This document shows positions 36,082-46,189 of a DNA stretch of 56,968 bases, one piece after another. Under the pieces are notes generated by a model. The model did no database searches. It was not told the DNA's origin and saw nothing but the letters and a program-made list of their open reading frames with translations. Origin of the DNA: a virus (lineage: Duplodnaviria; Caudoviricetes); IMG/VR virus record IMGVR_UViG_3300049172_000015, positions 1 through 56,968 of that record. One strand, written 5' to 3'. The number at the start of each line of letters is the position of its first letter. The stretch's first letter is position 1. The position numbers were made by a program, and so were the translations under genes.

Positions 36082-36263
36082 CAGCCCTCCCCTGCCGTCT
36101 CCCAGCACCGAAGAAAGAACTGGACCTCGTCCGGGTACCTGTCGGATCCCCCATCCTCAGGGGACATGATTCCCTTGTGAATGTCGTAGTCCAGCTCAGC
36201 GATATACATCCGAAGAGCCGACTCCAGTCGGCTCGGGTTAAGCTCCTCAGGAGTCTTCTTCAT
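36081..36263 (-). CDS. Hypothetical protein
   Basis: Coupled ORF. Confidence 0.65.
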   Translation of the reverse strand: MKKTPEELNPSRLESALRMYIAELDYDIHKGIMSPEDGGSDRYPDEVQFFLRCWETAGEG

Positions 36264-36622
36264 TTGATCACCTTCACTGGGATACCAGCCTTCTTGCACT
36301 CGTTGACGCAGTTCCAAGTACCGCGGGACCCTCCGAGAGGGAAGGCCAAGCAGAGATCTGCGCCGGCCTGAGCCATCTCCCGGTTTCGAATAGGTCCCGC
36401 GGCCTTTCCGTGCTGATCCCAGTCCGCGGGGTGAGGGATCTCGTAGACACCCCCCTGTTCAAATCCGCACCAGATGCTTGCGAATCGGTCCGCTCCAGTT
36501 GGGCAGTCTCCGTGACGGACGAATAGTGGCCCTTCCGTCTGGTACCAGAGATCTTCGAGGGCCTTGAACACCTTCTGGTCGTCTTCCAGGTCCCGGCTAC
36601 CAGTCACAATGACTGTGAACAT
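36260..36622 (-). CDS. SLOG-family (DUF2493/YspA-like) nucleotide-binding protein
   Basis: VIVTGSRD, HGDCPTGAD, ADWDQHGKAAGPIRN, SRGT. Confidence 0.88.
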   Translation of the reverse strand: MFTVIVTGSRDLEDDQKVFKALEDLWYQTEGPLFVRHGDCPTGADRFASIWCGFEQGGVYEIPHPADWDQHGKAAGPIRNREMAQAGADLCLAFPLGGSRGTWNCVNECKKAGIPVKVIK

Positions 36623-37029
36623 CAGAGAATCACCTTGTGGGTTCCGAGGGCATCAGCCCAGACCACCTTCACAACACCCGAGGACCGAATGAGCTTCGTG
36701 CAGTCTTTACAGGGCTTCCGGGTCACGTACAACGTCGAGCCCTGGCAGTCCTCCCAGGACGCGTATAGGAGAGCGTTGGCCTCTGCGTGGACCTCAATAC
36801 AGTCCTCATAACCCGAACCGGACGGGACTTCAGACGCACACCGCCCGCATTCTCCAGCGCTGCAAGACGGGCCTCCCGGATACGATCCGTTATAGCCAGT
36901 TGACCGTATCCGGTGATCATGTCCCACGAGAACGGCGCCCACTTGACACCGGATGCAGTCACCTCGCAATGAAACTGCGGATGCGATCCCAAGGAAATAG
37001 GTTGTCCAGTCTGGTCGTACATTGATCAC
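36622..37029 (-). CDS. dCMP deaminase
   Basis: RPDW..YF, VGAV, TGYNG, HAEANAL, PCKDC. Confidence 0.93.
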   Translation of the reverse strand: MINVRPDWTTYFLGIASAVSLRGDCIRCQVGAVLVGHDHRIRSTGYNGSYPGGPSCSAGECGRCASEVPSGSGYEDCIEVHAEANALLYASWEDCQGSTLYVTRKPCKDCTKLIRSSGVVKVVWADALGTHKVIL

Positions 37030-37373
37030 CACGCCTCCTCTACGGAGGCGTACCAAGCCTCGTCGTCCCAATCGTCTTCTTCGTAGTCCGTTTCCATCTC
37101 CCGCTTATGCCAGGACCGGACAGACACGAGAGCCTCATTGGTGTCCGCGAAGGTATGTGAGCGATCAGGACCGAGGACGTACGAGTAAATCTCTACGCCC
37201 TTGATCCCAAAAGGTTCACCATCACGACGTTCGAAGTAGTTGGTGAACTGAAGACCGATGTAGCCCTCAGAGGACTTGCAGTGTCCATCGGAGTTGGCGA
37301 AGTAGTGCTCATACGCCTCGTCAAGAAGCCGGCGAATCTCTTCGAGATCCTTCATCTCCCGCTCGGTAATCAT
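37026..37373 (-). CDS. Hypothetical protein
   Basis: Coupled ORF. Confidence 0.7.
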   Translation of the reverse strand: MITEREMKDLEEIRRLLDEAYEHYFANSDGHCKSSEGYIGLQFTNYFERRDGEPFGIKGVEIYSYVLGPDRSHTFADTNEALVSVRSWHKREMETDYEEDDWDDEAWYASVEEAW

Positions 37374-37594
37374 TCACCCTCCCCGGAGTCGAAGAGCGTC
37401 TCTTCCCGGACAACACGGATCCGGTATCGCCCTCCGTGCTTGACTACGTCCCGCTCACCAACACGATGAGCATTACCCAGCATCGTTTCCCAATCAGAAA
37501 CACGTCGGAGAAGACGAGCCTTCTCATGCCAGAAGGACTCATTCCCAAGGTCTACGAACTGCTCAACAAGCCAGAACTCGAAGTCGTCGTTCAC
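37370..37594 (-). CDS. Hypothetical protein
   Basis: Coupled ORF. Confidence 0.6.
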   Translation of the reverse strand: MNDDFEFWLVEQFVDLGNESFWHEKARLLRRVSDWETMLGNAHRVGERDVVKHGGRYRIRVVREETLFDSGEGE

Positions 37595-37736
37595 TTCTCG
37601 TCCTCCTGAAGGATCTGATAGACCGTCTCAGCGAAGTCGTGGTCAGTAGGCGCATCGCAGTACGCCTTACCAATACGGTCAATCTGGGACTGAAGTCTCT
37701 TGGCCTTCTCCTTGTAGAACTCCTTCATCGCCTCAC

Positions 37737-37982
37737 TCATCCTTCGCTCTCAATCACGTAGACAGAGGAAGGCGTGATCTCGAACTGGAAATAGGAAATG
37801 GCCATCTGTCCTGCCGTAGCGCGAGGAAGGCCGGCACCACGTCCGGCCTTGTAGACCTCAGCACTATGGCGGGCAATGATCCGAGCAAGCTCAGCACGCT
37901 CCGCAAGACGGTCAAGCATCTTCTCGTAGGCCATGCCTTCAGTCAGAGCCTCGAACTGCTCCTTGTACTTGTCGTCATCCAT
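37737..37982 (-). CDS. Hypothetical protein
   Basis: GAGGAGG RBS. Confidence 0.7.
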   Translation of the reverse strand: MDDDKYKEQFEALTEGMAYEKMLDRLAERAELARIIARHSAEVYKAGRGAGLPRATAGQMAISYFQFEITPSSVYVIESEG

Positions 37983-38139
37983 CAGTCCTCCTCAAGGGGA
38001 ACAAGCTCCCCACAGTGCCTTTCAATGTGAGACTTAGACACACCGATACCGTGTACCTCACCATTAGCCCCTCGAAGAAAAAGAGCGCTGTCGTTCGGGC
38101 CGAACCAGATATCCCCGTCTCGATCCCTATACTTTTTCA

Positions 38140-40149
38140 TCAGTGCTTCGAGTCCTCCTTGTCAAGGACCGATCCCCAAGACCGGTCTCCGATCTCACCA
38201 TCAGCAGGGATCAAAAGCCCCTTGTAGACGAACTGCATGATTTGCGCTGCCTTCTTGGTCAGCTCCTCCGCACGCTCCTTGGGGAAGCTGAAGACGATCT
38301 CGTCATGCACAATGAGACGCATCCAAGGCGTGAATGCAGCCTTATCGAGTTCGATCACGGCCCGAGCCGTGATGTCCCGGCAAGAGGACTGGATTCGGTA
38401 GTTCATCGCGGCATACGGGCGTCGCTCATCCGTGAGGATGCGCCGGCCTGTAACCGTGTAGATGAAGCCGTTGCGCTTGGCTTCGTTGGTGCACTTGTCA
38501 GCGAGCTTCCTCGTGGCCGGGTAGGTCTCCCAGAAGCCCTTCACGGCCTTCTTGGCATCCTCCTCACCGATGTCCCACTGAGTGGACACTGCGTTCCAAC
38601 CGCCACCGAAACACACGGTGTAGTTCGTGCCCTTGCCGGCCTTACGCATTGGGTGCTTGGCCTCGTGGTCGTTAGAATCCCAACCCATCAGACCGAAGGC
38701 ACCAGCCGCGGTGATGTTGTGAAGGTCTTCGCCCTCGTTGTACGCCTGCAACATTCGTTTGTCGCCAGAATCTGCGGCAAGGAACATCAGCTCCATGCTT
38801 GCGAAGTCCACGGTTGCTGATACATGCCCTGGCTCTGCGAGGAAGGCATGCCGGACGTACCCCGTTCCGGCTGGCAAGGTCTGGGCTGCGATAGCCCCTG
38901 TGACCGTCATCCGGGCACTGCGTGCCTGGCAACTGTTGATGGCCACATGCACCCGACCATCCTTGTCCCGGTTGTTAAGCGCGTTCTCGAACCACGTAGA
39001 TCGCTTCTTCTGAGCCGACTTCGCCTTGATGATGGCTTCAGTCAGAGGGTGGTCAATGCTGCTGAGGACCGAGTCATCCGTTGAGAGCTGCCCCTTGGGG
39101 TGAGCCTTGCTGGGATTCGTTCTCTTAGTGAGCTTGAACCCCAGTCCCGTCAGGGCCTCGATGATCTGCTCAGAGGAGCCAATGAGGTCAACGCCCCACT
39201 CAGCCGCTACGGCCTTCCACTTCGCCTCCTCAACCTTCAGCTCCTCGATACGAAGTCGGGTGTACTCCTCGTCTACGAGATAGCCAGTCCGCTCTATCTG
39301 GTAGGTAATCCAGTTGAGTCGGTGTTCCCACCCAATCAGTCCGTAGTGCAGGGACTTCCGCGGGATCAGAGGGAAGAGAATCTTGGTCAGCCGATAGGCG
39401 AAGATCGGGTCCATGCCGGCGTAGAGCAAATAGCCCTCATGCTGGAGAGGAACCTTCCTCCACACGGTGTCCTTGTTGACCTTGCCGTAGATACCTTCCT
39501 TGAACTCCCTGATGTAGGAGTAGCCTTCGGCCTTCAGCTCCTCCTTGGTGAGTCCAGGACGGTCGGAGAACCGGAACTCCAGGGTCTCCCCGTCCTTGTT
39601 CCGGGCCTTGAAGCCCACAACCTCCTTCTGACGGTTCATGTCCTGGGCTATCTCGGTCATTGAGCCCTTGATCTGAGCACCCAAGCCGGCGTCAACGTAG
39701 TGCTTCACCAGCTCTTCGAGCTTGAGCCCAACCCCGCCCTCCTTGGTGGCTCTTCCGTCCACCAGGTGAGCCAGGATCTTGGTGTCCCAGGTCTTCTGAA
39801 CCAGAGGGAAAGGGTCGACACCAAAGTCAGACTCAACAGTGTGAATGTCGAATCCGCGGTTCTGGGCCGAAAGCCTCTTAACTCTGTCCAGGGCAGTCTT
39901 CATCGCACCAACGAAAGGCTGACCTAGCTCTACCGGGAGAATCCAAGCCGTGTCGTGGTTGCCGAACTGAGCCAGCCGGCAGTGAAAGCCACCCCCAGCG
40001 TTCCACCAGTCCAGTCCCGTGGTCTCAGTGTCGAAACCAAGGAAGTCTTCGTTCTCATTGACGAACTGGTAGAAGCCGGGGAGGTCTTCCGGGGTCTCAA
40101 CCACGTAGATGCGGACTGGACCCTTAACGTCTGCGTGCAGAGTCTTCAA
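38140..40149 (-). CDS. polA: DNA polymerase I (family A, 3'-5' exonuclease + polymerase)
   Basis: FDTETTGLD, WDTKI, YAGMD, DFASMEL, KGTNY, NYRIQ, IVHDEI. Confidence 0.95.
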   Translation of the reverse strand: MKTLHADVKGPVRIYVVETPEDLPGFYQFVNENEDFLGFDTETTGLDWWNAGGGFHCRLAQFGNHDTAWILPVELGQPFVGAMKTALDRVKRLSAQNRGFDIHTVESDFGVDPFPLVQKTWDTKILAHLVDGRATKEGGVGLKLEELVKHYVDAGLGAQIKGSMTEIAQDMNRQKEVVGFKARNKDGETLEFRFSDRPGLTKEELKAEGYSYIREFKEGIYGKVNKDTVWRKVPLQHEGYLLYAGMDPIFAYRLTKILFPLIPRKSLHYGLIGWEHRLNWITYQIERTGYLVDEEYTRLRIEELKVEEAKWKAVAAEWGVDLIGSSEQIIEALTGLGFKLTKRTNPSKAHPKGQLSTDDSVLSSIDHPLTEAIIKAKSAQKKRSTWFENALNNRDKDGRVHVAINSCQARSARMTVTGAIAAQTLPAGTGYVRHAFLAEPGHVSATVDFASMELMFLAADSGDKRMLQAYNEGEDLHNITAAGAFGLMGWDSNDHEAKHPMRKAGKGTNYTVCFGGGWNAVSTQWDIGEEDAKKAVKGFWETYPATRKLADKCTNEAKRNGFIYTVTGRRILTDERRPYAAMNYRIQSSCRDITARAVIELDKAAFTPWMRLIVHDEIVFSFPKERAEELTKKAAQIMQFVYKGLLIPADGEIGDRSWGSVLDKEDSKH

Positions 40150-40334
40150 GAAGACCTCCCCTGTTGAGTTGACCTACTTCATGAAACACCGGGCCGGAAC
40201 TTCCTTAGCCGGCGCCCAGGACCAGAGGGAACAGGGCCCGGAAGTACGAGCCCAGATGCCTCCTCCAATGACCAGGATGAGAACGGCTACCAGGGCAACG
40301 CCCCTGAGCAGATCGAAAACGTCCTGTCGTCGCA

Positions 40335-40706
40335 TCACTCGACCTCCAACGTCTCCAGGAACTTATCCAGCTCCCGTGAGACGATCTCGTCTGATTCGTG
40401 ATCGTCCACCTGGCCCAAGAACTCCTGGACCTCGTCCGCAGGAACCAGGACTGTGGCCTTGTCGACTCCATTGCTGAGCTGCATAATCACCTCACCGCCA
40501 CTGACCCCGATGACCAGGTCTCCGAAGCCTTGAAGTCCACCAGGACACGCGAGCGCCTCACGAAGCAGGTACAGAGAGATGTCCCAGGTGACTTCGTCTT
40601 CAACGAAGTCGACCTTCACTACCCACGGGTCATCCGGGTTGTAGCGCCATGTCGATGTAACTGGGGCACTGGCGATACCGTTAGTGACTTCACCTTCGAT
40701 AATCAC
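40335..40706 (-). CDS. SsgA-like (SALP) sporulation/cell-division protein
   Basis: RYNPDDPWVV.VDF...VTW..S..LL.E....G.GD.......L......A...P...V..FL. Confidence 0.85.
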   Translation of the reverse strand: MIIEGEVTNGIASAPVTSTWRYNPDDPWVVKVDFVEDEVTWDISLYLLREALACPGGLQGFGDLVIGVSGGEVIMQLSNGVDKATVLVPADEVQEFLGQVDDHESDEIVSRELDKFLETLEVE

Positions 40707-40891
40707 TCGTCCTCCTCGTACCGCTCCCAGCCCTTACCTTCGTCCGACTTACCGAACCACCAGCGTTCAGCAATGAAGTTCTCGGTACTTTCGAAGCCCG
40801 TGACTTCGAGGATGTCTCCTACTTCAACGATTGCGCAGTCAAGTCGATCCTGAAGAATCCGGATCTTGTCGCCAACCTTCAGTGCACTCAC
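40703..40891 (-). CDS. Small SH3-like hypothetical protein
   Basis: LKVGDKIRI. Confidence 0.65.
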   Translation of the reverse strand: MSALKVGDKIRILQDRLDCAIVEVGDILEVTGFESTENFIAERWWFGKSDEGKGWERYEEDE

Positions 40892-41595
40892 TTCTCACTC
40901 CCGTAGGGCTCGTCAGAAACGTCCTGGAAGGAATTGGGGGCGATGTCTCGAAGGTGCCCAAGGACCAGGCCGGCGAAGACTTGAATCTCAGCATCAGCGG
41001 CTACGTGGTGACGCTTCCCGAGGACATCCCTCCAGGCCCGGAGGTTTCCGGTAACCACCATGTCCACAGGAGCGGCATTCGGAAGGACAGCCCGAGCAGC
41101 CTCACGCGCTTGCTTGCGCTTCAGACCCTTCTCCATCAGAGCTTCAACGATGTCGTTGTATGCCTGAATGGCCTCGTCGTAAGCGTGTTCCAGGTCAGAA
41201 CGACACCATCCCGCAGAGTCCGCCTCAATGGCAGGAGGAAGGACAGGCTTGGTATCTGAGTAGTCCACATACCGCTGAGAGACCACGGAGAAGGAGAGGT
41301 GACGGTGTCGAGTCAGCTCAGCGAGGAGAGCCCGAGAGACACCGCGGACGAGGAAGGACACTGAGGAGTGCTCCAGGACGCTGAAGTGTCCCTGGTTCAG
41401 GATGTTCTTGAGGTAGCCCTCATTCGTAGCCGTATCCGGGTTCGGGCGGTTGAAAGACTTGAAACAGAGCCGGCCGGCTGACTCCGCAAGAGCATCTGCG
41501 CCGTTGGGCAGATCCTCACTAAGCATGTCGTAGGAGTACGCATCCCACATCACTTGTGAATGGACTGCCGTAGAAGCCAGGACATCGACGTGCAT
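40888..41595 (-). CDS. thyX: Flavin-dependent thymidylate synthase
   Basis: [45 protein letters not shown]. Confidence 0.96.
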   Translation of the reverse strand: MHVDVLASTAVHSQVMWDAYSYDMLSEDLPNGADALAESAGRLCFKSFNRPNPDTATNEGYLKNILNQGHFSVLEHSSVSFLVRGVSRALLAELTRHRHLSFSVVSQRYVDYSDTKPVLPPAIEADSAGWCRSDLEHAYDEAIQAYNDIVEALMEKGLKRKQAREAARAVLPNAAPVDMVVTGNLRAWRDVLGKRHHVAADAEIQVFAGLVLGHLRDIAPNSFQDVSDEPYGSEK

Positions 41596-41681
41596 TGAGT
41601 TCCTCTCAGAGAGAGACAAGGGGCCCGGCTTGGAACCGGGCCCCACAAGGTCTCGAATCAACTTAGACAGCAAACAAAAGG

Positions 41682-42230
41682 TCAGGCGAAGGAGCCATCC
41701 TTCTGCTGCCACAACGGGTCACACTGCTGACCTCGCGGACCGTTGCAGAACATTGCAGTCCAAGGACCCTTAGCCCCAGTACCACTCTTCTGTGTACGAC
41801 CGTGAGAGCAAGAATCACCGGGAGCGGAGGTCGGGGCCTGGTTGTACTGCACCTGACCGTTCTGGAAGGTGGGCTTCGCGGCGGGAGCCGCGGCCGACTT
41901 GGCACCCCCACCGAGGAACTGTCCTCGGGTGAACTCAGCAGCCTGAGCAGTGAACTCGATCAGACCCACGCTCTTCATCGCCAGGAGCAGATCCTTGCCC
42001 CGCTGGGCAGTCTCTTCAGCGGATGAGCCGTAGACAGTCGGGGTAAGCCACTCGGCGTCATAGCCGGACGAGGCCTTGAGGGTGAAGCCAATCTTGAAGG
42101 GGTTCGGAGCAGCAGAAGCAACAGGCGGAGTGGTCACAGGCGCCTCCTGGGCGGTGGGCTGGGATTCGGGCTGAGCAACATCCCAAGGGCTCTTCTGCCC
42201 CCAAGGGTCGGTCGGGTCAAAGTCAGTCAC
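41682..42230 (-). CDS. Conserved hypothetical protein (possible ssDNA-binding/recombination factor) with C-terminal C-x-H...C..C
   Basis: Has its own promoter; CSHG...WTAMFC..QCDPLW. Confidence 0.65.
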   Translation of the reverse strand: MTDFDPTDPWGQKSPWDVAQPESQPTAQEAPVTTPPVASAAPNPFKIGFTLKASSGYDAEWLTPTVYGSSAEETAQRGKDLLLAMKSVGLIEFTAQAAEFTRGQFLGGGAKSAAAPAAKPTFQNGQVQYNQAPTSAPGDSCSHGRTQKSGTGAKGPWTAMFCNGPRGQQCDPLWQQKDGSFA

Positions 42231-42247
42231 GCTTACCTCCTACTTCC

Positions 42248-42277
42248 AGTATGACGAATACCGGGTCTCGAATCAAC
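42248..42277 (-). promoter_or_regulatory. Operator-embedded promoter
   Basis: TTGATT-N17-CATACT. Confidence 0.75.
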
Positions 42278-42297
42278 TAAGGGGTCAGTGCTGTGGG

Positions 42298-44358
42298 TCA
42301 CACAGGACATGCACCAGAGGCGCACGACTCGTCAAACCCCGTGTCAGTGACCTCGATACCAACCTCTTCAGCACGAGCCTTGTACTCCTCGAAGGCGATC
42401 CGCTCGTAGGGAGACTGAGGCATGGACATCTCCGGGAACACGGTCGTCCCCTTCAGATCCGGGAGGTACTCCGCCAGGATGCCGGCCAGGCCCTCTGGCG
42501 TGTAGAGAGTCGGGTCCACGTTGACCGTGTAAGACACAGCCTGGTCAGCCCAGTACTTCTGATAGAGCCGCTGGACCTCAAGCATGTCTCGGATCGTCAG
42601 ATCCCCTGCGTGCTGGAAATACTCAGGGAACTCCAGCTCGGCTAGAAGAGAATCCTTGGTCGGGATCTCCACCACAGATGTGTTCGCTGCATACTGACAA
42701 GGAACTACGCGATACCCCTTGCGTCGGTACTCCTCCACCTGAGCCACCTCAGACGGCTCCAGGTCCGAGAATCGTATACGGTGAATGAAATAGTCGCCAA
42801 AAGGAACATGAATACCCTCTCCGCTAACGCCGGCCAACTTGCTGGTACTACCAGTCGGGGCGTTGACCCTCTTCTTGATGGGCGGAGGGATCCTGAGCTG
42901 GTTGGCGTACTCGGCTGCGGCATCATCCACGGCCTGAGCCCAGGTACGCAGAGCCCTCCCCGGGTAGATCTCGTCAGCGTCGGTGTACCGGATCCCCTGC
43001 TTGAAGAGGTAATCAGCGAAACCAAGGTGGCCCACACCGATACGTCGGTAACGAGCAATAGCAGCAGCAGACTTGGGATCAGCGACCTCTGCGAACGTAG
43101 CCCTGATCAGGTACCGAGTGATCAACCGATGAGCCTCCACCAGACCCTTAGCGTCCACACTGCCATCAGTGCCGGCGAACGCTGCAAGATTGACTGAGCC
43201 GAGGTTGCACGGCTCCCAGGGGGTCAACGTCGCTTCCCCGCATGGATTGGTGGTGAAGGTGCCGTCCACCTCTCCTACCGCGGTGAGAGCCGAGTTCCAC
43301 ACACCAGGCTCTCCGTTGTGAAGCATGCCCTCAGCAATGCGCCGAAGCACTCCCCGAGCGTGGGCGTTGGGGCCGTACTGAGGATCCCCATCCTTACCCA
43401 CCTCCTCAGGCCTCGACAGGGCCTTGAAGAACTCATGGTCCACCTCAACACTGATGTTGGTGGTCCAGTGACCTCCGCTCTCCTTGAGATGGATGAAGTC
43501 AAAGATCAGGTCATCATCCCAACGCATGATGGACATGCGGGCGGAGCGGCGGACACCACCAGAGACGATGCACTGGGCAATAGCGTGGTCGATCCGCATT
43601 GCGTCCAGGCCGTTGATGCTGTGAAACATGTAGGTGCCACGGTTGAAGACGCCAGCCAGGACCGAGCCGACTTCCCTCATCATCTCTGCGAAGGGCACCG
43701 GGCCCGAAGCAGTGCCCCCGAACGACTTCAGAGGACTGCCCTTGGCACGCACACGGCTTACGTCGTAGACCCGCTGAGTGTGCCGGGTCTTCGGGTCATG
43801 AGCTGTACGGATCAGGTCCCCGAGAGCCTCAGCCCAACCCTCTCGGGAGTCCGCCACGGCATAGGCGCCAGCCCAGGTGTACGCGTACTCAGTCGAGATG
43901 AGGCCGGTCTCCACCATGTCCAGGTAGTCAGGGTGCGAGGGGTCACAGACGACGTGCACCTGAACCGGGACCTGGACCGCGGGGAAGTCCTCAAGGAACC
44001 GCTCCGAGTAGTTCGAGCCCACTCCCCCGCCCTCCGCCAGGCGGAGGAGGGTGAAGGTGAAGTGCTCCTCAGGACGGGCGGCATCCCAGCCGGCCGCCCA
44101 GCAGTTGTTCAACGCAAAGTCATTGACACCCGAGGACTTGAGGTGTCTACCAGCCGGCAGGATCTTGAAGCCCTCGATCATCTCAATGAGGGCCTCCCGC
44201 TCACCCTCCTCGATGTACCGAGTCTCAACGAGCTTCAGGTTGCCGTCCACCACACGACGAACAGTCTCAGGCCACGTCTCCTGGCTACCGTCCGGCTTCG
44301 TCCTGCTGTACGTCCTGAGGTAGACCTGCCGTGCAGTGTCAGTACGGAACTCCGTCAT
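42298..44358 (-). CDS. nrdJ: Class II (adenosylcobalamin-dependent) ribonucleotide reductase
   Basis: RTYSR, PAGR, GGVRRSA, TNPCGE, APTG, C-terminal CASGACPV; no small subunit gene present. Confidence 0.93.
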   Translation of the reverse strand: MTEFRTDTARQVYLRTYSRTKPDGSQETWPETVRRVVDGNLKLVETRYIEEGEREALIEMIEGFKILPAGRHLKSSGVNDFALNNCWAAGWDAARPEEHFTFTLLRLAEGGGVGSNYSERFLEDFPAVQVPVQVHVVCDPSHPDYLDMVETGLISTEYAYTWAGAYAVADSREGWAEALGDLIRTAHDPKTRHTQRVYDVSRVRAKGSPLKSFGGTASGPVPFAEMMREVGSVLAGVFNRGTYMFHSINGLDAMRIDHAIAQCIVSGGVRRSARMSIMRWDDDLIFDFIHLKESGGHWTTNISVEVDHEFFKALSRPEEVGKDGDPQYGPNAHARGVLRRIAEGMLHNGEPGVWNSALTAVGEVDGTFTTNPCGEATLTPWEPCNLGSVNLAAFAGTDGSVDAKGLVEAHRLITRYLIRATFAEVADPKSAAAIARYRRIGVGHLGFADYLFKQGIRYTDADEIYPGRALRTWAQAVDDAAAEYANQLRIPPPIKKRVNAPTGSTSKLAGVSGEGIHVPFGDYFIHRIRFSDLEPSEVAQVEEYRRKGYRVVPCQYAANTSVVEIPTKDSLLAELEFPEYFQHAGDLTIRDMLEVQRLYQKYWADQAVSYTVNVDPTLYTPEGLAGILAEYLPDLKGTTVFPEMSMPQSPYERIAFEEYKARAEEVGIEVTDTGFDESCASGACPV

Positions 44359-44362
44359 GCAA

Positions 44363-44917
44363 TCACCTTCCAGTTCGGATGTTGCGGTTCATGATCTGAG
44401 TCAGGGAATCCACAGCCCGGTATGAGGCCCGACGCTCGTTGTCGTCCTTCGGGGGCAGGCCGTAGATGAAGACCCGCTGAACGACCTCCTTGTAGCCCTG
44501 GGAGAGCTTCTGAATGCCCTTCGAGGCATCCATACGAGCCGTAATGATGTTGTCCGAGATCCGAGCCTGAGTCAGGTCGTCCTTCTTTCCAATGACCTGC
44601 CCTATCTCCTCGTCGGAGTAGACGAACGAGCGCAGAGCGATACGGACTTCATCAGGGGTGTAGAAGTACTGATCGTCCATCAGGTCATAGTGGTTGCGCT
44701 CCCTGGCGGCGTATCGCCGGCCAGCGTTCCAACAGATCTTCCGGAGAAGGTCAGTGTCGTCCTTGTGCTTCTCGATGATGTGACGCTCTTGCAAGAGATG
44801 AACCATAATCTCCTGCTTCACGTCATCGGCCTCAACAACTGACCACTTCTCCGAGATCTCGTAAGCCACCTTGCCCGCAATGGCAATGATCGGCTCCCAG
44901 TCGAACTGCTCGCTCAC
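44363..44917 (-). CDS. Sigma-factor-like DNA-binding protein
   Basis: VEADDVKQEI, YTPDEVR, helical C-terminus; same position as in cluster-A-like phages. Confidence 0.7.
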   Translation of the reverse strand: MSEQFDWEPIIAIAGKVAYEISEKWSVVEADDVKQEIMVHLLQERHIIEKHKDDTDLLRKICWNAGRRYAARERNHYDLMDDQYFYTPDEVRIALRSFVYSDEEIGQVIGKKDDLTQARISDNIITARMDASKGIQKLSQGYKEVVQRVFIYGLPPKDDNERRASYRAVDSLTQIMNRNIRTGR

Positions 44918-45126
44918 TCGTCCTCCTTGTAGACCTCGGGCTTACCGTCGTATTCCACAGAGGACCAGTCGTCCCCGAGGTCAACCTTGGAAGCACACTG
45001 ATGGCAGAGACTTACGTAGACCTGCTCTTGCGCCAACTCACCAATGACTTCCGGATCAGTCTCTTCAGTTTCGACATAGACCGCAGTGTTGACCCAAGTG
45101 GTAAGCGGCACCGAATACTTAGGCAT
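44914..45126 (-). CDS. Hypothetical protein
   Basis: Coupled ORF; LCHQC. Confidence 0.65.
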   Translation of the reverse strand: MPKYSVPLTTWVNTAVYVETEETDPEVIGELAQEQVYVSLCHQCASKVDLGDDWSSVEYDGKPEVYKEDE

Positions 45127-45458
45127 CAGCTCTCCTCCTTCACGGGCTTCCACTCCGTGGTGACCACCTGGACCTGTTCCACCTCAACGGCCTTGATGCG
45201 GTTCTCGTAATCCCAGAGATCAACGCCGCCTTCCTGCATTTCCGTGGCCGGCCAGTCGTAATAGACTCGGTACGCCTTGCCGTCGTCCGGGGCCCGAAAG
45301 ACAAACTCGTAGACATTGCTCCACCGGGTGGTGTCGTATATCTCGCAGTGAAGCTCTTCCGCGGTTCCCTCGTCACCCCCGCACTCATGAGGGACACCCA
45401 TCTCTTCAAGCTCGTCCCGCGTAAAGACCCGAGCCTTGAAATTCGGTGCAGAAGCCAT
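45126..45458 (-). CDS. Hypothetical protein
   Basis: RWS..YE.VF...ATEMQE. Confidence 0.7.
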   Translation of the reverse strand: MASAPNFKARVFTRDELEEMGVPHECGGDEGTAEELHCEIYDTTRWSNVYEFVFRAPDDGKAYRVYYDWPATEMQEGGVDLWDYENRIKAVEVEQVQVVTTEWKPVKEES

Positions 45459-46189
45459 CACTTCGCCCCCCGAATCTCGATACCAGACAGACGCTTTCCA
45501 CTGCGGACCCACTTCCCGCAGTCTTCACAGCGGTACTGCTGGAAGGCAGACACCTGCGTATAGGCAATCCCGCGCTTCTTGAGGTTCGTCCCGCCACAGT
45601 TCGTGCAGTTGTCCTCATCGCCCTCCTGGTAAAGACCATGGGACGGGTGAGAGCTGATCCACGGAAGCAGTCGGTCATAGAGCTGCTCAGTGATCACAAC
45701 GTCCTGGACGTTGTACTTCTTCATCTCCTCCCAGGCCTGGAAGTCCCCAGCCATGCACTTGACCCAGAGCTGATGACCGGCATGGGAAACCTTGTGGTCC
45801 AGGCCGAGAGCCTTGGTGACGTAGTCGAGCTTGTTGCTGGGGAACCGGAACTGCTTCTTGACGACCTTCAACAGGTCGATCTGAGCGTAAGGAGAAGGAG
45901 GCGTCAGACCCGACTCAACGAACTCCCGGTTGAGGTGCGGGATGTCAAACCGTTGTCCGTTGTAGTGGATAACGGTGTCTGCCTGGTCGAGAAGCTCATG
46001 AGCCGTCTTAACCATCGTCTCCCTTCCGTGGTGGAAGGTGCTGAAGAACATAGGCTTCTCGTAGTGCTTCCACTTGGCGGAGAAGCACATGACTTCACCC
46101 GACTCAAGGAGCTGAGACAGGCCAACGTTCTGCTGCCAAAGGCCCCAGACGTGCGCCAAGTTGGGGCTGGTCTCGATGTCAAGCGTCAA
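45458..46189 (-). CDS. DEDD/RNase H-like 3'-5' exonuclease with C-terminal zinc ribbon
   Basis: LDIETSP, HYNGQRFD, DLLK, YNVQDV, CTNC..CEDC. Confidence 0.9.
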   Translation of the reverse strand: MTLDIETSPNLAHVWGLWQQNVGLSQLLESGEVMCFSAKWKHYEKPMFFSTFHHGRETMVKTAHELLDQADTVIHYNGQRFDIPHLNREFVESGLTPPSPYAQIDLLKVVKKQFRFPSNKLDYVTKALGLDHKVSHAGHQLWVKCMAGDFQAWEEMKKYNVQDVVITEQLYDRLLPWISSHPSHGLYQEGDEDNCTNCGGTNLKKRGIAYTQVSAFQQYRCEDCGKWVRSGKRLSGIEIRGAK

